A stretch of DNA of 64,000 bases. Source: Alphaproteobacteria bacterium (lineage in GTDB: Bacteria; Pseudomonadota; Alphaproteobacteria; JAAXGF01). The first letter of the stretch is position 1, and each line of letters starts with the position of its first letter. A model generated the notes under the pieces. The model worked only from the letters and a program-made list of their open reading frames with translations, was not told the origin of the DNA and ran no database searches. Positions 22,016 through 35,419 of this stretch are shown here, one piece after another. Where the stretch lies: NCBI GenBank assembly GCA_963555825.3, contig CAUVXB020000002.1, positions 1,952,001-2,016,000 of the forward strand, in the 5' to 3' direction. Both the position numbers and the translations under genes were made by a program.

Positions 22016-22804
22016 TCACGTGCCGAGGCCCGCCGCTGGGTCCGATGCGTCATCGGCGTCGCCGTGGCCATGGGCGCGCGCCGCGGCGAGCACGGCGCCG
22101 GGATCGTCACTGACGATCGAGGCGACGCCCCAGTCCAACAACTCGACCGCGCGCCACGGCTCGTTCACCGTGAACGCCATGACCGTGACGCCGGCCTCGC
22201 CGAGCGTGGCGACGTTGCGGCGCGTCAGTTGGCGGTGCAGGCACACGAAGACGTGGCAGTCGAGCGCCTCGAGCCGGGCGCGCCAGTCGCCCGGCAGGGT
22301 GCGGCTGAGCAGGCCGATCGGAAAGGCCGGCGCGACGGCGCGCGCGGCGATCAGGCTTTCCGGCGAGAAGCTGGTGATCAACGGCGTTGCGCGATCGGTC
22401 GGCCAGCGCGCCGCGAGCGCCGCCCCGACCGCGCGCCCGGTCTCGGATTCGCGGCCCGGGCAGGCCTTGATCTCTATGTCGGCGGCGAGGTCGAGCGCGA
22501 ACAGCGTATCGAGCGCCGCATCGAGGCTGGGCACGCGCTCGCCAGTGAAGCGCGTATCGAACCACGCGCCGGCGTCGAGCCGGGCGATGGCGTCGAAACG
22601 CGTCGCCGCGATCCGGCCGCGGCCGTCGGTGGTGCGCTCCAGCGTCTCATCGTGAAAGACGATGCAGCGACCGTCGGCGCTCAGCTTGGTGTCGAACTCG
22701 ACGCAACGGGCGCCGAGCTCGGCAGCCAAGCGCAGGCCGGCGAGCGTATTCTCGGGCGCCAGCGCCGCGGCGCCCCGGTGGCCGATGACCTTCGGTAACC
22801 GCAT
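22016..22804 (-). CDS. Glycerophosphodiester phosphodiesterase (UgpQ-like)
   Basis: IGHRGAAALAPENTL, VEFD, FHDETLERTT, IEIK, FTVN. Confidence 0.9.
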   Translation of the reverse strand: MRLPKVIGHRGAAALAPENTLAGLRLAAELGARCVEFDTKLSADGRCIVFHDETLERTTDGRGRIAATRFDAIARLDAGAWFDTRFTGERVPSLDAALDTLFALDLAADIEIKACPGRESETGRAVGAALAARWPTDRATPLITSFSPESLIAARAVAPAFPIGLLSRTLPGDWRARLEALDCHVFVCLHRQLTRRNVATLGEAGVTVMAFTVNEPWRAVELLDWGVASIVSDDPGAVLAAARAHGHGDADDASDPAAGLGT

Positions 22805-22854
22805 CGCGCGGCGCGCCGTCGTGGCGCGTCCCGACCGCCGGCCTGGCGTGACCG

Positions 22855-24996
22855 CTAGCCGGCAGTCTGTTCGGCCTTCGCTTCGCGCGGCTCGGGCGCG
22901 ATTTCCAGGCCGGTCTCCTGGTCGACCGATTTCAGGCTGAGACGCACCTTGCCGCGGTCGTCGATGGCCAACACCTTGACCTTGACCATGTCGCCCTCGT
23001 TGACGACGTCGGTCACCGTGTTGACGCGGCGCGGCGCGAGCTCCGAGATGTGGACCAGGCCGTCGCGGTTGCCGATGAAGTTCACGAAGGCGCCGAAATC
23101 GACGACCTTGACCACCTTGCCCGAGTAGATGACGCCGATCTCGGGCTCGGCGACGATGTCGTGGATCTTGTCGATCGCCGCCTGCACCGCCGCCGCATCG
23201 GACGCCGCCACCTTGACGGTGCCGTCGTCTTCGATGTCGATCTTGGTGCCGGTCGTCTCGCACAGCTCGCGGATCACCTTGCCGCCGGTCCCGATGACCT
23301 CGCGGATCTTGTCCTTCGGGATGTGAATCGTGGTGATGCGCGGGGCGTGCTCGCTGACCACGTCGCGCGCCGTCGACAGGCCCTTCTGCATCTCGCCCAG
23401 GATGTGCATGCGGCCGTCACGCGCCTGATCGAGCGCGATACGCATGATTTCCTCGGTGATCGAGGTGATCTTGATGTCCATCTGCAGCGAGGTGATGCCC
23501 TGATCGGTGCCGGCCACCTTGAAGTCCATGTCGCCGAGGTGGTCCTCGTCGCCCAGGATGTCGGACAGAACGGCGAACTTGTCGCCCTCCTTGATCAGCC
23601 CCATGGCGATGCCGGCGACCGAGCGCGGCAGCGGCACGCCCGAGTCCATCAGCGCGAGCGACGAGCCGCACACCGAGGCCATCGACGACGAGCCATTCGA
23701 TTCGGTGATCTCGGAGATGATCCGGATGGTGTAGGGGAAATCCTCCTTGCTGGGCATCAATGGGCGCAACGCGCGCCACGCCAGCTTGCCGTGACCGATT
23801 TCGCGCCGGCCCGGCGGCCGCATGAACGAGGCCTCGCCGACCGAATAGGGCGGGAAGTTGTAGTGCAGCATGAAATGCTCGCGGTACTCGCCCTCGAGGA
23901 CGTCCATGATCTGCTCGTCCTGGCCGGTGCCCAGTGTCGCGCTGACCAGCGCCTGGGTCTCGCCGCGCGTGAACAGCGCGCTACCGTGGGTGCGCGGCAG
24001 GACGCCGACCTCGACCGAGATCGGCCGCACGGTCTTCAGGTCGCGGCCGTCGATACGCTGGCCGGTCTCGAGCACGCTGCCGCGCACGATGTCCTTCTCG
24101 AGCGACTTGAACAGGCCGCCGAGGAGTGCCGCATCGAAGCCCTCGCTCTCCATCGTCCCGGCGACGTCCCGCTTGACGGCGGCGAGCTTCTCGACGCGCG
24201 CCTGCTTGACGACTTCGCCATAGGCATCGCGCAGGCCCGCCTCGGCGAGCTCGGCGAGACGCGCCGCCGCGGGCGCCTTGGCCTCGTCCTCGCCCGGCAC
24301 GGCCCAAGGCTCCTTGGCGCATTTCTCGGCGAGCAGGATGATGCCGTCGATGACCACCTGCATCTCGCGGTGGCCAAAGGTCACGGCGCCGAGCATGATG
24401 TCCTCGGACAATTCTCTGGCCTCCGATTCGACCATCAGCACGCCGTCCTGGGTGCCCGCGACGACGAGGTCGAGGACGCTGTCGACGCGCTGGTCGGCAG
24501 TCGGGTTAAGCACGTACTGACCGTCGATGTAGCCGACGCGTGCGCCGCCGATGGGGCCGAGGAACGGCAGGCCCGAGAGCGTCAGCGCGGCCGACGCGCC
24601 GACCATCGCGACCATGTCGGGGTCGTTCTCGAGGTCGTGCGACAGCACCGTGCAGACGACCTGGGTCTCGTTCTTGAAGCCCTTGGCGAAGAGCGGCCGG
24701 ATGGGCCGGTCGATGAGGCGCGAGACGAGCGTTTCCTTCTCGCCCGGGCGCCCCTCGCGCTTGAAGAAGCCGCCCGGGATCTTGCCCGCGGCCGAGGCCT
24801 TCTCCTGGTAGTTGATGGTGAGCGGGAAAAAGTCGAGGCCGACCCGTGGCTCGCGCTGCGCGACCGCGGTGCACAGCACCACCGTCTCGCCATAGCTCGC
24901 CAGGACGGCGCCGTCGGCCTGGCGCGCGATGCGCCCGGTCTCGAGCGTCAGCGTCCGCCCGCCCCATGAAATTTCCTGTTTGTAGACGTCAAACAT
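22855..24996 (-). CDS. pnp: Polyribonucleotide nucleotidyltransferase
   Basis: [42 protein letters not shown] and S1 domains. Confidence 0.98.
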   Translation of the reverse strand: MFDVYKQEISWGGRTLTLETGRIARQADGAVLASYGETVVLCTAVAQREPRVGLDFFPLTINYQEKASAAGKIPGGFFKREGRPGEKETLVSRLIDRPIRPLFAKGFKNETQVVCTVLSHDLENDPDMVAMVGASAALTLSGLPFLGPIGGARVGYIDGQYVLNPTADQRVDSVLDLVVAGTQDGVLMVESEARELSEDIMLGAVTFGHREMQVVIDGIILLAEKCAKEPWAVPGEDEAKAPAAARLAELAEAGLRDAYGEVVKQARVEKLAAVKRDVAGTMESEGFDAALLGGLFKSLEKDIVRGSVLETGQRIDGRDLKTVRPISVEVGVLPRTHGSALFTRGETQALVSATLGTGQDEQIMDVLEGEYREHFMLHYNFPPYSVGEASFMRPPGRREIGHGKLAWRALRPLMPSKEDFPYTIRIISEITESNGSSSMASVCGSSLALMDSGVPLPRSVAGIAMGLIKEGDKFAVLSDILGDEDHLGDMDFKVAGTDQGITSLQMDIKITSITEEIMRIALDQARDGRMHILGEMQKGLSTARDVVSEHAPRITTIHIPKDKIREVIGTGGKVIRELCETTGTKIDIEDDGTVKVAASDAAAVQAAIDKIHDIVAEPEIGVIYSGKVVKVVDFGAFVNFIGNRDGLVHISELAPRRVNTVTDVVNEGDMVKVKVLAIDDRGKVRLSLKSVDQETGLEIAPEPREAKAEQTAG

Positions 24997-25140
24997 GTTC
25001 TATCCCTTCCTTCCGTCGGCGCGGACCACCTATGGCCCCGCCGCTATCTGCAAAAGTTGTGCGCCGACGCACGCGCCGAACGGCGTGCCGGTCCCATGAC
25101 CGAGCGATCTACCGTCTCGACGGCGCGTAGCTGTGGCGCG

Positions 25141-25179
25141 AAAAATGCGGCAGGGACGCGACAGTGCGCCCCCGTCCGG
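25141..25179 (-). terminator. Putative intrinsic terminator between rpsO and pnp
   Basis: Minus strand GC stem CGGACGGGGGCGC..GCGTCCCTGCCG followed by CATTTTT. Confidence 0.45.
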
Positions 25180-25182
25180 TTG

Positions 25183-25452
25183 TCATCGGCGCAGACCCAA
25201 GCGTTGAATCAAAGTCTTGTACCGCTCGTGGTCCTTGCGATCGACGTAGTCCAAAAGCCGGCGGCGCCGGCTCACCAGCATCAGCAACCCGCGGCGCGAA
25301 TGCTTGTCCTTGTGGTGGGACTTGAAGTGGCCAGTCAGATTAGCGATACGCTCGCTCAAGATCGCGACTTGCACTTCGGGCGAGCCTGTATCGCCATCCT
25401 TGATGGCGTATTCCGAAATGAGCGCAGCCTTGCGCTCGGACGTAATCGACAT
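25183..25452 (-). CDS. rpsO: 30S ribosomal protein S15
   Basis: [27 protein letters not shown]. Confidence 0.98.
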   Translation of the reverse strand: MSITSERKAALISEYAIKDGDTGSPEVQVAILSERIANLTGHFKSHHKDKHSRRGLLMLVSRRRRLLDYVDRKDHERYKTLIQRLGLRR

Positions 25453-25466
25453 CGTTCCTATCCATC

Positions 25467-26363
25467 CTAGATGTTGAAAACACGAACCGGGTGCACGTTC
25501 TCACCCCTGACCTCGGCCAACGCCACCAATCGATCTCCGACGGCGACGCGGACCAATCCGGGGGGGCTTTGGGGCACGTGCACGGCCTGTCCGCTTTTCA
25601 AGCGTTCGGCCTGATTTTCGGTTACGGCCAGCGCCGGGATGTCGGCCAGCGCGGTCTCTACCGGATGCACATGTTCGAACGGCGCGGCACTATGCCCCAG
25701 CGCCGCCAGTTTATCTAGCGAAATCGCATCCGCCTCGTCGAATTTTCCGACCGCCGTTCGGCGCAGTTTCACGACGTGACCGACAGTGCCGAGACGGCGC
25801 GCAAGGTCGCGCGCAAGGGCGCGCACATAGGTCCCCTTGCCGCAGCGCATTTCGAAGTCGGCGTGATCGCGATCGACAACCGCTGTCAACTCGAGGCGGT
25901 CGACGAACACCGGCCGCGCCGCGAGCGCTGCGGGCGTGCCCCGGCGCGCCAGATCATAGGCCCGTTTGCCGTCGACCTTGATCGCCGCATAGGACGGCGG
26001 CACCTGCGCGATCTCGCCGGTGAAACCGGCCAGCGCGGTGCGGATCGCCGCCGCGTCGGGCCGCGTGTCGCTGGTTTCGGTGATCGCGCCCTCGGCGTCG
26101 TCGGTGTCGCGCGCCTCGCCCCAGCGCACGGTGAAGCGATAGGTTTTCAGGCTGTCCATGGCATAGGCGACGGTCTTGGTCGCCTCGCCCAGCGCCATCG
26201 GCAGGACGCCGGTCGCCATCGGGTCGAGGGTACCGGCGTGGCCGACCTTGGCGGCGTCGGTGATGCGCCGAACCCGGGCGACGGCCGCCGCCGACGTCAT
26301 GCCGGCCGGCTTGTCGATGACCAACCAGCCGTTAATCGGCGTGCCGCGCCGCTTACGCGCCAT
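25467..26363 (-). CDS. truB: tRNA pseudouridine(55) synthase
   Basis: [29 protein letters not shown]. Confidence 0.96.
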   Translation of the reverse strand: MARKRRGTPINGWLVIDKPAGMTSAAAVARVRRITDAAKVGHAGTLDPMATGVLPMALGEATKTVAYAMDSLKTYRFTVRWGEARDTDDAEGAITETSDTRPDAAAIRTALAGFTGEIAQVPPSYAAIKVDGKRAYDLARRGTPAALAARPVFVDRLELTAVVDRDHADFEMRCGKGTYVRALARDLARRLGTVGHVVKLRRTAVGKFDEADAISLDKLAALGHSAAPFEHVHPVETALADIPALAVTENQAERLKSGQAVHVPQSPPGLVRVAVGDRLVALAEVRGENVHPVRVFNI

Positions 26364-26754
26364 CGTCGTCGCCCGTCGTGCCGCGCGCGTCGCCGGTGCC
26401 GCGCAGCAGGGTCTCGATGCGGATGGCGCGGTCGAAACTGGTATCGACTTCGAAGCCGAATTGCGGCGCGAACTTGAGGTGCACCATGCGGGCCACCTGG
26501 GAGCGGATATGGGGTGCCGCGCGGCGCAGGCCGCCGAGCACCGTCGCCGGGTCGCCGCCGCCGAGTGGCACGATATACGCCGTCGCGTTGCGCAGGTTGG
26601 GGCTGACGCGCACCTCGGTCACAGTCACCGGCGCGCCCTGCACGTCGGGGTCGTGCAGCGCGCCGCTCGAGAATAGTTCGGCGAGCGCGTGGCGCAGCGC
26701 CTCGCCAACCCGTAACTGGCGCTGGCTGGGTTCCCTGCCGGTTGACCTGGGCAT
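26353..26754 (-). CDS. rbfA: Ribosome-binding factor A
   Basis: SQRQLRVGE, VTVTEVRVSPNLRNA, LKFAP; operon position. Confidence 0.93.
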   Translation of the reverse strand: MPRSTGREPSQRQLRVGEALRHALAELFSSGALHDPDVQGAPVTVTEVRVSPNLRNATAYIVPLGGGDPATVLGGLRRAAPHIRSQVARMVHLKFAPQFGFEVDTSFDRAIRIETLLRGTGDARGTTGDDDGA

Positions 26755-26769
26755 ATCGACCCCTCGCTT

Positions 26770-26875
26770 CTAGCCCGGCGTTCTCGCCATGGACAGGCGC
26801 GTCATCGCGTCGGGCGACCCGCCCGGCGCGGCCCACGGGGCGGCGGATTCGTCCATGGCGAGAATTCCGGTCTGG
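26770..26875. repeat. Short member of the CTAGCCCGG..TTCTC(A/G)CCATGGA palindromic family between infB and rbfA
   Basis: Matches reverse complement of 9476-9522 and 9371-9400; terminal IR. Confidence 0.75.
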
Positions 26876-26888
26876 GTCCGTCAGCGGG

Positions 26889-29495
26889 CTATAACGTGCG
26901 CGCGATCTCCTCGATCTCGACCGCCTCGATGATGTCGCCGACGCGGAGGTCCTGGTAGTTCTCGAACGACATACCGCATTCGAGCCCTTCCTTGACCTCG
27001 CGGGCGTCGTCCTTGAAGCGCTTGAGCGTCGACAGCTTGCCCTCGTGGATCACCGTGTCGTCGCGCAGCAGACGCACCTTGGCGGCACGCCGGATGATGC
27101 CGTCGGTAACCCGGCAGCCGGCGATCTTGCCGACCTTGGTGATGTCGAACACCTCGAGCACCTGGGCGTTGCCGACGATGCTCTCGCGCAGCGTCGGCGC
27201 CAGCATGCCCGAGAGCGCCGCCTTGATGTCGTTGATGATGTCGTAGATGACCGAGTAGTAGCGAATCTCGATGCCATCGCGGCGCGCGTGCTCGCGCGCC
27301 TGGGCGTTGGCGCGCACGTTGAAGCCGATGATCAGCGCCTTCGACGCCATGGCCAGCGTGATGTCGGATTCGTTGATGCCGCCGACGCCGAGATGCAGCA
27401 CGCGCGCGGCGACCTCGTCGGTGGCGAGCTTCTCGAGACTGGCGTTGATCGCCTCGGCCGAGCCCTGGACGTCGGCCTTGATCACGACCGGCAGCTCGTT
27501 GGCCTCGCCGGCGGCGATGTCGGCGAACATCTGCTCGAGGCTGCCGCGCACGCCGGCCGCGTTGCGCAGATCGCGCAGCTGGTCCTGACGGTAGTCGACG
27601 ACCTCGCGGGCACGCTGTTCGTTGTCGACCGCGTTGACCTCGTCGCCTGCCAGCGGCACGCCGCTCAGACCCAGAATCTCAACCGGCGCCGACGGTCCGG
27701 CCACCTCGACGCTGTGGCCCCGTTCGTCGACCATTGCGCGGACGCGCGCCCATTCGCTGCCCGCGACGACGATGTCGCCGATGTTGAGCGTGCCGCGCTG
27801 TACCAGGACGGTCGCCACCGGGCCGCGACCGCGATCGAGCTTGGCCTCGATGACGATGCCCTCGGCCGGCCGATCGGGATTGGCGCCCAAATCGAGGATC
27901 TCGGCCTGCAGCAGGATGGCCTCCACGAGCTTGTCGAGGTTAAGTTTTTCGAGCGCCGAGACCTCGACCGACAGCACGTCGCCGCCCAATTCCTCGACGA
28001 ACACCTCGTGTTGCAACAGATCGTTGCGCACGGTGTCGGGCGCCGCATCGGGCCGGTCGATCTTGTTGATCGCGACGATGATCGGCGCCTTGGCCGCCTT
28101 GGCGTGGTTGATCGCCTCGATGGTCTGCGGCATGACGCCGTCGTCGGCCGCGACGACCAGGACGACGATGTCGGTCACGCCGGCGCCGCGCGCGCGCATG
28201 GCGGAGAACGCCGCGTGACCGGGCGTATCGATGAAGGTGACGCGCGCACCCGAGGCGAGTTCGACCTGATAGGCGCCGATGTGCTGGGTGATGCCGCCGG
28301 CCTCGCCGCTTACCACGTCGGTTGAGCGCAGCGCGTCCAAGAGCGACGTCTTGCCGTGATCGACATGGCCCATCACGGTGACCACCGGCGGGCGCGACAC
28401 GATCGTTTCCTCGCTGTCGGCCTCGCCCTTGAGGCCGAGTTCAACGTCAGCCGCGCTGACCCGCTTGATCTTATGGCCGAACTCCTCGACCAGCAGCTGG
28501 GCGGTATCGACGTCGATCGCCTGATTGATCGTCGACATGGTGCCCATATTCATGAGCGCCTTGACGACCTCGGCGCCGCGCACCGCCATGCGGTTGGCCA
28601 GCTCCTGCACGGTAATGGTCTCGGGTACGACGACTTCGCGCACTACCTTGACCGGCTCGCCTTGCTGGCCCGGCGGCGTGCCGCGCTTTACCTTCTCGCG
28701 CTCGCGCGCCCGGCGCACGGATGCCAGGCTTCGGACGCGATCCTCCTCGACGAGCGCCTGACTCATGGTCAGTTTGCCGGCACGCCGGCGGGGCTGCCCG
28801 CGTCGCGTCGCGAGTGACGATCGACGCGGCACATCGCCGCCCTTGCCGCGACGGCCGGGACCCTTCTTGCCGTCCTCTTCGAGCTCGAGCTTGCCGCGGG
28901 TGTGCGCGCCGGGCGACACCGAGGCCGCCGGCTTGCCCGGCGCGGCGGCCGCAGCGGCCGCCGCGGCCTTGGCGAGGTCTACCTCCTCCTCGGCCTTGCG
29001 CTGCGCCTCTTGTTCGGCTTTCTGCTGCTCCGCCTCTTCCGCGATCTTGCGCCGCGCCTCATCCTCGGCCCGACGTTCGGCTTCCTCGACGGCCCGTTCG
29101 TGCGCGACCTGGTCGACCTTGCGCGCCGTCTCGAGCGCGCGCACGCGGGTTTGCTTTTCCTCGTTGGTCAGCGTCTTCAGGATGGCGGGACGCTGCTCTT
29201 CGTCGGCCGCTTCCTCGACAACGGGCGCCTCGTCGACGGCCCCGGCGGGCAGCGCCGCCGCCGCCTCGACCTCGGCCGGTGTCGGCGCCTTGACCTCGGC
29301 CATGCGACCGCTCTTGCCAGGCGCGAAGGTCCGCTTGCGGCGCACCTCGACGGTGACCACTTTGGAGCGGCCATGCGAAAAGCTCTGGCGGACCTGCCCG
29401 GTCTCGACTGTCTTATGCAGCTCGAGCCGACCGGGTCGCTGGATGCTCAGCTGGACCTTTTCGCTCTTGCCGTCTTTTTCGTTGGTTTCGGACAT
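26889..29495 (-). CDS. infB: Translation initiation factor IF-2
   Basis: [34 protein letters not shown]. Confidence 0.98.
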   Translation of the reverse strand: MSETNEKDGKSEKVQLSIQRPGRLELHKTVETGQVRQSFSHGRSKVVTVEVRRKRTFAPGKSGRMAEVKAPTPAEVEAAAALPAGAVDEAPVVEEAADEEQRPAILKTLTNEEKQTRVRALETARKVDQVAHERAVEEAERRAEDEARRKIAEEAEQQKAEQEAQRKAEEEVDLAKAAAAAAAAAPGKPAASVSPGAHTRGKLELEEDGKKGPGRRGKGGDVPRRSSLATRRGQPRRRAGKLTMSQALVEEDRVRSLASVRRAREREKVKRGTPPGQQGEPVKVVREVVVPETITVQELANRMAVRGAEVVKALMNMGTMSTINQAIDVDTAQLLVEEFGHKIKRVSAADVELGLKGEADSEETIVSRPPVVTVMGHVDHGKTSLLDALRSTDVVSGEAGGITQHIGAYQVELASGARVTFIDTPGHAAFSAMRARGAGVTDIVVLVVAADDGVMPQTIEAINHAKAAKAPIIVAINKIDRPDAAPDTVRNDLLQHEVFVEELGGDVLSVEVSALEKLNLDKLVEAILLQAEILDLGANPDRPAEGIVIEAKLDRGRGPVATVLVQRGTLNIGDIVVAGSEWARVRAMVDERGHSVEVAGPSAPVEILGLSGVPLAGDEVNAVDNEQRAREVVDYRQDQLRDLRNAAGVRGSLEQMFADIAAGEANELPVVIKADVQGSAEAINASLEKLATDEVAARVLHLGVGGINESDITLAMASKALIIGFNVRANAQAREHARRDGIEIRYYSVIYDIINDIKAALSGMLAPTLRESIVGNAQVLEVFDITKVGKIAGCRVTDGIIRRAAKVRLLRDDTVIHEGKLSTLKRFKDDAREVKEGLECGMSFENYQDLRVGDIIEAVEIEEIARTL

Positions 29496-29501
29496 AACCC
29501 T

Positions 29502-30146
29502 CTAACCGCAATTCACGATATGCTCGTCGCCGCTCGCGCGGCGAAATCCGGCGAGCCGCGCCGTCTCTATGACGAACCGCTTCGCCACGCCGCTCTTCTT
29601 CAGGGCCGCGTAAACCACCCTCTCGCGACCCAGCGCGCCGGCCAACTCATCCGCCGTAAACAGCGTCACGAGCGGAACGTCGCGACCGACCGCGATCAAC
29701 TTCCGCCGTCCGTCGTCGGCGCCGTCCGCGGCCGCGACCAGAACCGCGGCCGCGCCGGACTGCAAGAGCGCGCGAACCCTCTCGAAACCGGCGGTCGCCG
29801 CGCCACCGCGGCGCGCCAGACCGAGAAAATCGAGGCAGCGGCGCGCGAGCAACCGCTCCACCTGGTCGGCCAGATCGGGCGCGTCCACGGCCGTGATCCG
29901 CAATCCCCTGGCAATCAGGTTCTTCGACGACGCCGTATTTACCACATCCCGCTCGGCACTCAACCACAAACCCCGACCAGGCAACGTGCCGGCCACGTCA
30001 GGCACGACAGCGCCGTCTGGTCCGGCGACGAAGCGCAACAGCGTCGCGCGATCGGCATCGCGCCGGGTGACGAAGCACCGGCGGGTGCGCGCAGCGGTCC
30101 CTACGGGGCTGTTTTCGACGACGATCTCAGTTGCTTGCGCGACCAT
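29502..30146 (-). CDS. YlxR/DUF448 RNA-binding protein with L7Ae-like C-terminal domain
   Basis: RRCFVTR, LLRFVAGPDG, LPGRGLW, LGLARRGG; between nusA and infB. Confidence 0.88.
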   Translation of the reverse strand: MVAQATEIVVENSPVGTAARTRRCFVTRRDADRATLLRFVAGPDGAVVPDVAGTLPGRGLWLSAERDVVNTASSKNLIARGLRITAVDAPDLADQVERLLARRCLDFLGLARRGGAATAGFERVRALLQSGAAAVLVAAADGADDGRRKLIAVGRDVPLVTLFTADELAGALGRERVVYAALKKSGVAKRFVIETARLAGFRRASGDEHIVNCG

Positions 30147-30168
30147 GGCAGAGGGCTCCCATCGTCAC

Positions 30169-31791
<1,623 letters not shown>

Positions 31792-31797
31792 CTTGAT

Positions 31798-32295
31798 CTA
31801 TTCGCTTCCTTGTTGTGTGCTCGCCGCGATCAGCTCGTCGGTCAACACAAGCTTCGCGGCGGCGACGTCGTCGAGCGCAATCTCAGCCTCGCCATCACCG
31901 ACGGCGATCACTACCGCGCCGTCACGGACCCCGAGCAGCCGGCCGCGATACCGCTTGCGGCCGTCGACTGCTTGGCGCAACTCGATCTTCACCTCGTGGC
32001 CGGCGTACCGCTCGTAATCGGCGCGCCTGACCAACGGTCGGTCGATGCCGGGCGAGCTGACCTCCAGGTCATAAGCGCCCTCGATCGGGTCCTCGACATC
32101 GAGCACGGCCGAGACCAGGCGGCTGACCTTGCTGCAGTCGTCGACCGACATGCCGCCGCCCGACCGCTCGGCCATCACCTGTAGCCGCGGCCGGTGCCGC
32201 CCGCCTGTCAACTTGACGCGGACCAGATCATAGCCGGTCGCCTCGAGAGAAGGCGCGACGAGGCGCGCGATATGGCTTTCTACCGCCGTCGTCAT
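31798..32295 (-). CDS. rimP: Ribosome maturation factor RimP
   Basis: DDCSKVSR, YDLEVSSPGIDRPL; ATG 32295 with GGAGA upstream. Confidence 0.95.
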   Translation of the reverse strand: MTTAVESHIARLVAPSLEATGYDLVRVKLTGGRHRPRLQVMAERSGGGMSVDDCSKVSRLVSAVLDVEDPIEGAYDLEVSSPGIDRPLVRRADYERYAGHEVKIELRQAVDGRKRYRGRLLGVRDGAVVIAVGDGEAEIALDDVAAAKLVLTDELIAASTQQGSE

Positions 32296-32312
32296 TCTCC
32301 GTCCTGGCGCGT

Positions 32313-32338
32313 AAACAAAAAGCGGGCCGGAGGCCCAC
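32313..32338 (-). terminator. rimP leader attenuator/terminator hairpin
   Basis: GTGGGCC-TCC-GGCCCGC-TTTTTGTTT just upstream of rimP, the known conserved leader terminator arrangement. Confidence 0.75.
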
Positions 32339-32448
32339 AATTCTTCCAGGATCCGGCCCAGTAACCGGGACCCCGCTATAACAAACCCCGAAGCATAGTG
32401 ATCCGGCCGCGCCCCGCAAGCATTTTCTGCCGACCGACCGCTGTTGAC

Positions 32449-32733
32449 ATGGCATCCCGGGAGATGGTCTTCAAGACCCTCAACCAGGCGCGCGGGGTCG
32501 AGGTGGACGGCATCATCAAGTGGTTCAACGCGGATCGGGGCTATGGCTTCATCGAGCCCGGCGACGGCAGCGACGATGTCTTCTTCGACTCGGCGGCCCT
32601 CGATCCGGAATTCGGCGGCGCCGGTCCCGAACCGGATCAGTCGGTGACCTTCGAGATCGTCGATGGACCGCGCGGCGCCGAGGCCGCGCGGGTCGGTCGG
32701 CTCATCGGTCCTGGCGGCGGCTTCGGCGGCTGA
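32449..32733 (+). CDS. Cold-shock domain protein
   Basis: GIIKWFNADRGYGFI (RNP1), DVFF, VTFEIVDGPRG. Confidence 0.85.
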   Translation: MASREMVFKTLNQARGVEVDGIIKWFNADRGYGFIEPGDGSDDVFFDSAALDPEFGGAGPEPDQSVTFEIVDGPRGAEAARVGRLIGPGGGFGG

Positions 32734-33436
32734 AGCGCAGGAACGCGGGTCGCGCGCCGGCGGCGCGGGCTTTCGCCTCGTAGCGTGTCTCGGGCCAATC
32801 GTCGGGCCGCGCGCGCCAATCGCCGGGGCGACGCGCCAGCCATTCAAACGCCCCATCGCGCCTGACGTGATCGAGCATCCAGCGGGCGTATTCGAGATGG
32901 TCGCTGGCCAGGCGCAGCTCGGCGCCGTCGGCCAGCACGCGGGCCAGGACCGCGACCGTCGCGCCGTCGATGAAGCGGCGCTTGTGATGGCGCGTCTTGG
33001 GCCAGGGGTCGGGAAACAGCACGAACGCGCCGCCGATCGACGCGTCGGCGAGCGCCTCGATCAACAAGCGCGCGTCGTCGGCAAAGACGCGGACCCGCGC
33101 GCGCTCGGCGTCGGCCAGCGTGCCAAGCAGCGCCGCGATGCCGGCGATATAGGGTTCGCAGCCGATGATGCCGACATCCGGATTGGCGCGCGCCTGGGCA
33201 GCGAGGTGCTCGCCGGCGCCGAAGCCGACCTCGAGCCAGACGTCGCGCACCGGCCCGTCGAACAGGGTGGACGGATCGAGCGCCCCGTCGCCGGGCAGCG
33301 TGATCGAGAGATGCGGCAGAAGATCGGCGATGAGCCGCTGCCGACCCGGGCGCAACGGACGGCCCTGTCGGCGGCCGAAGAGGCGACGCTGCGGCTTGTC
33401 GCCGGTGGCCGGGCCGACGGGCGGTCCCTCGCTCAG
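32702..33436 (-). CDS. trmB: tRNA (guanine-N7)-methyltransferase
   Basis: [38 protein letters not shown]; start uncertain. Confidence 0.92.
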   Translation of the reverse strand: MSEGPPVGPATGDKPQRRLFGRRQGRPLRPGRQRLIADLLPHLSITLPGDGALDPSTLFDGPVRDVWLEVGFGAGEHLAAQARANPDVGIIGCEPYIAGIAALLGTLADAERARVRVFADDARLLIEALADASIGGAFVLFPDPWPKTRHHKRRFIDGATVAVLARVLADGAELRLASDHLEYARWMLDHVRRDGAFEWLARRPGDWRARPDDWPETRYEAKARAAGARPAFLRFSRRSRRQDR

Positions 33437-34602
33437 GAGAACGCCGCGGCCAGTTCTTCGACCAGGTCGAGACGCTCCCACGAGAAGCCCCCGTCGGGCT
33501 CGGGCGGGCGCCCGAAATGGCCGTAGGCGGCGGTGCGTGCGTAGATCGGTCGGCTCAGCTCGAGACGCTCGCGGATGCCGCGCGGCGAGAGGTCGACGAG
33601 CTCGCCGAGCGCGTCGCCCAGGCGGGCCTCGTCGACGCGCCCGGTTTCGTGTGTCTCGACATAGATCGCCAAGGGGTGCGAAACGCCGATCGCGTAGGCG
33701 AGCTGAATGGTGCAACGATCGGCCAGCCCCGCGGCGACGACGTTCTTCGCCAAGTAGCGTGCCGCGTAGGCCGCCGAACGGTCGACCTTGGTCGGGTCCT
33801 TGCCCGAGAAAGCGCCGCCGCCGTGCGGTGCCGCGCCGCCATAGGTATCGACGATGATCTTGCGTCCGGTCACGCCGGCGTCACCGTCCGGCCCACCGAT
33901 GACGAAACGCCCGGTCGGATTGACGTAGAACGCGTCGTCGTCGCACATCCAGCCTTCGGGCAGCACGTTCTCGACGTGCGGGCGCACGATTGCGCGGACG
34001 TCGTCCTGAGACAGCTCGTCGCCGTGCTGGGTCGAGACGACGACGGTGGTCGCCCGCACTGGTTTGCCGTCGACATACTGCAGCGTAACCTGGCTCTTGG
34101 CGTCGGGACCGAGGCCCGGCTCGGCGCCCGAGTGGCGGGCTTCGGCGAGCGAGCGCAGCATGGCGTGCGCGTAATGGATCGGCGCCGGCATCAGTTCCTC
34201 GGTCTCGCGGCAGGCGTAGCCGAACATAATGCCCTGGTCACCGGCCCCCTCGTCCTTGTTGCCCGCGGCGTCGACGCCTTGGGCGATGTCGGCCGACTGG
34301 GCGTGAACATGGATGTCGACGGTGGCGTGCTGCCAATGGAAACCCGTCTGCTCATAGCCGATGTCACGCACGCAGGCGCGCGCGACCTCCTCGAGATGAT
34401 TGGGCGTGATCGACGCCGGGCCGCGCACCTCGCCGGCGAGCACGATGCGGTTGGTCGTCACCAAGGTTTCGACCGCGACGCGCGAGGCCGGATCGGCGGT
34501 CAAGAACGTATCGACGACGGCGTCCGAGATGCGGTCGCAGACCTTGTCGGGATGGCCCTCGGAGACCGATTCGCTGGTAAACAGATAATCGCGTTTTGTC
34601 AC
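33433..34602 (-). CDS. metK: S-adenosylmethionine synthetase
   Basis: [45 protein letters not shown]. Confidence 0.98.
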   Translation of the reverse strand: MTKRDYLFTSESVSEGHPDKVCDRISDAVVDTFLTADPASRVAVETLVTTNRIVLAGEVRGPASITPNHLEEVARACVRDIGYEQTGFHWQHATVDIHVHAQSADIAQGVDAAGNKDEGAGDQGIMFGYACRETEELMPAPIHYAHAMLRSLAEARHSGAEPGLGPDAKSQVTLQYVDGKPVRATTVVVSTQHGDELSQDDVRAIVRPHVENVLPEGWMCDDDAFYVNPTGRFVIGGPDGDAGVTGRKIIVDTYGGAAPHGGGAFSGKDPTKVDRSAAYAARYLAKNVVAAGLADRCTIQLAYAIGVSHPLAIYVETHETGRVDEARLGDALGELVDLSPRGIRERLELSRPIYARTAAYGHFGRPPEPDGGFSWERLDLVEELAAAFS

Positions 34603-34622
34603 GAACGACCCCCATTTCAAAT

Positions 34623-34700
34623 CCGAGCACACCTTGAACCCGAGCCCGATTCAACCTCGAGGTTGTGTGCTGAACGGCGTGATTCCCGCACACTGCTCGG
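34623..34700 (-). ncRNA. Candidate structured cis-regulatory leader of metK
   Basis: CCGAGCA/TGCTCGG closing stem with three internal hairpins and a duplicated GTGTGC allowing alternative pairing. Confidence 0.4.
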
Positions 34701-34831
34701 TCTCGGCGGCGCGCGACATCGTCGACGTTTTGACAAGCTTTCCAGCGCGGGTCAAGCGCTTTTCAGGAACGCTCCCGCGACGCGATCGTCAGCTTTCGAT
34801 TGGGCCCCCCCGAGCCGGCCGACCCGCCGGC

Positions 34832-35236
34832 CTACGACGACAGCTTGGCCATCGCCTTGGTCAGCTCGAACAAGCGCTTGCGGGCTGGCGCGTCGGTAAT
34901 GCGGTAATAGGCGCGCACCAGCTCGAGCGTCTCGCGCTTGATCATCGGGTCCTTTTCGAACGGTGCCGGCGGCGATTCGCCGAGGCCGGGCATGGCGCGC
35001 TTGTCGAGAGGCGGCATCTCGTCGAAGAAATAAGAGACCGGCACATCAAGGATCTGGCTCAAATGGTAAAGCCGACTGGAGCCGATGCGGTTGACGCCGC
35101 GCTCATATTTCTGGACTTGCTGGAAGGTCAGTTTGAGCGCTGCGCCGAGCGCCATCTGACTCATCCCGAGTAAGGTGCGCCGTAGCCGCACGCGCCCCCC
35201 TACGTGAATATCGATCGGATTGGGAACGGATGCCAT
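34832..35236 (-). CDS. XRE-family HTH transcriptional regulator
   Basis: PNPIDIHVGGRVRLRR, LTFQQVQKYERGVNRI; usual lnt-metK neighbour. Confidence 0.92.
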   Translation of the reverse strand: MASVPNPIDIHVGGRVRLRRTLLGMSQMALGAALKLTFQQVQKYERGVNRIGSSRLYHLSQILDVPVSYFFDEMPPLDKRAMPGLGESPPAPFEKDPMIKRETLELVRAYYRITDAPARKRLFELTKAMAKLSS

Positions 35237-35419
35237 ATTGTCGGAAACCTCATCTGACTCTTCATCGCCCGCCTGGCCGGTCGACGGTGCTGAAGCGGCA
35301 CCCGTCGGAAATCCGGACCGAAAATCAGGCCATGAGTTGCGTTTCACCTGATTAATAATTTAAAAACCGCCGCGAAGCTAGCATACGATTGCGTGCCGCA
35401 ACATCACATTATCGCCCCG

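Noticed and set aside
34623-34700. tRNA-like cloverleaf (7-bp closing stem, GGTTCAA)
   Set aside because: No paired T-stem, D-loop or 7-nt anticodon loop; kept only as a leader candidate
35352-35363. CtrA box upstream of the XRE regulator
   Set aside because: TTAA half-sites are 4 nt apart, not 7
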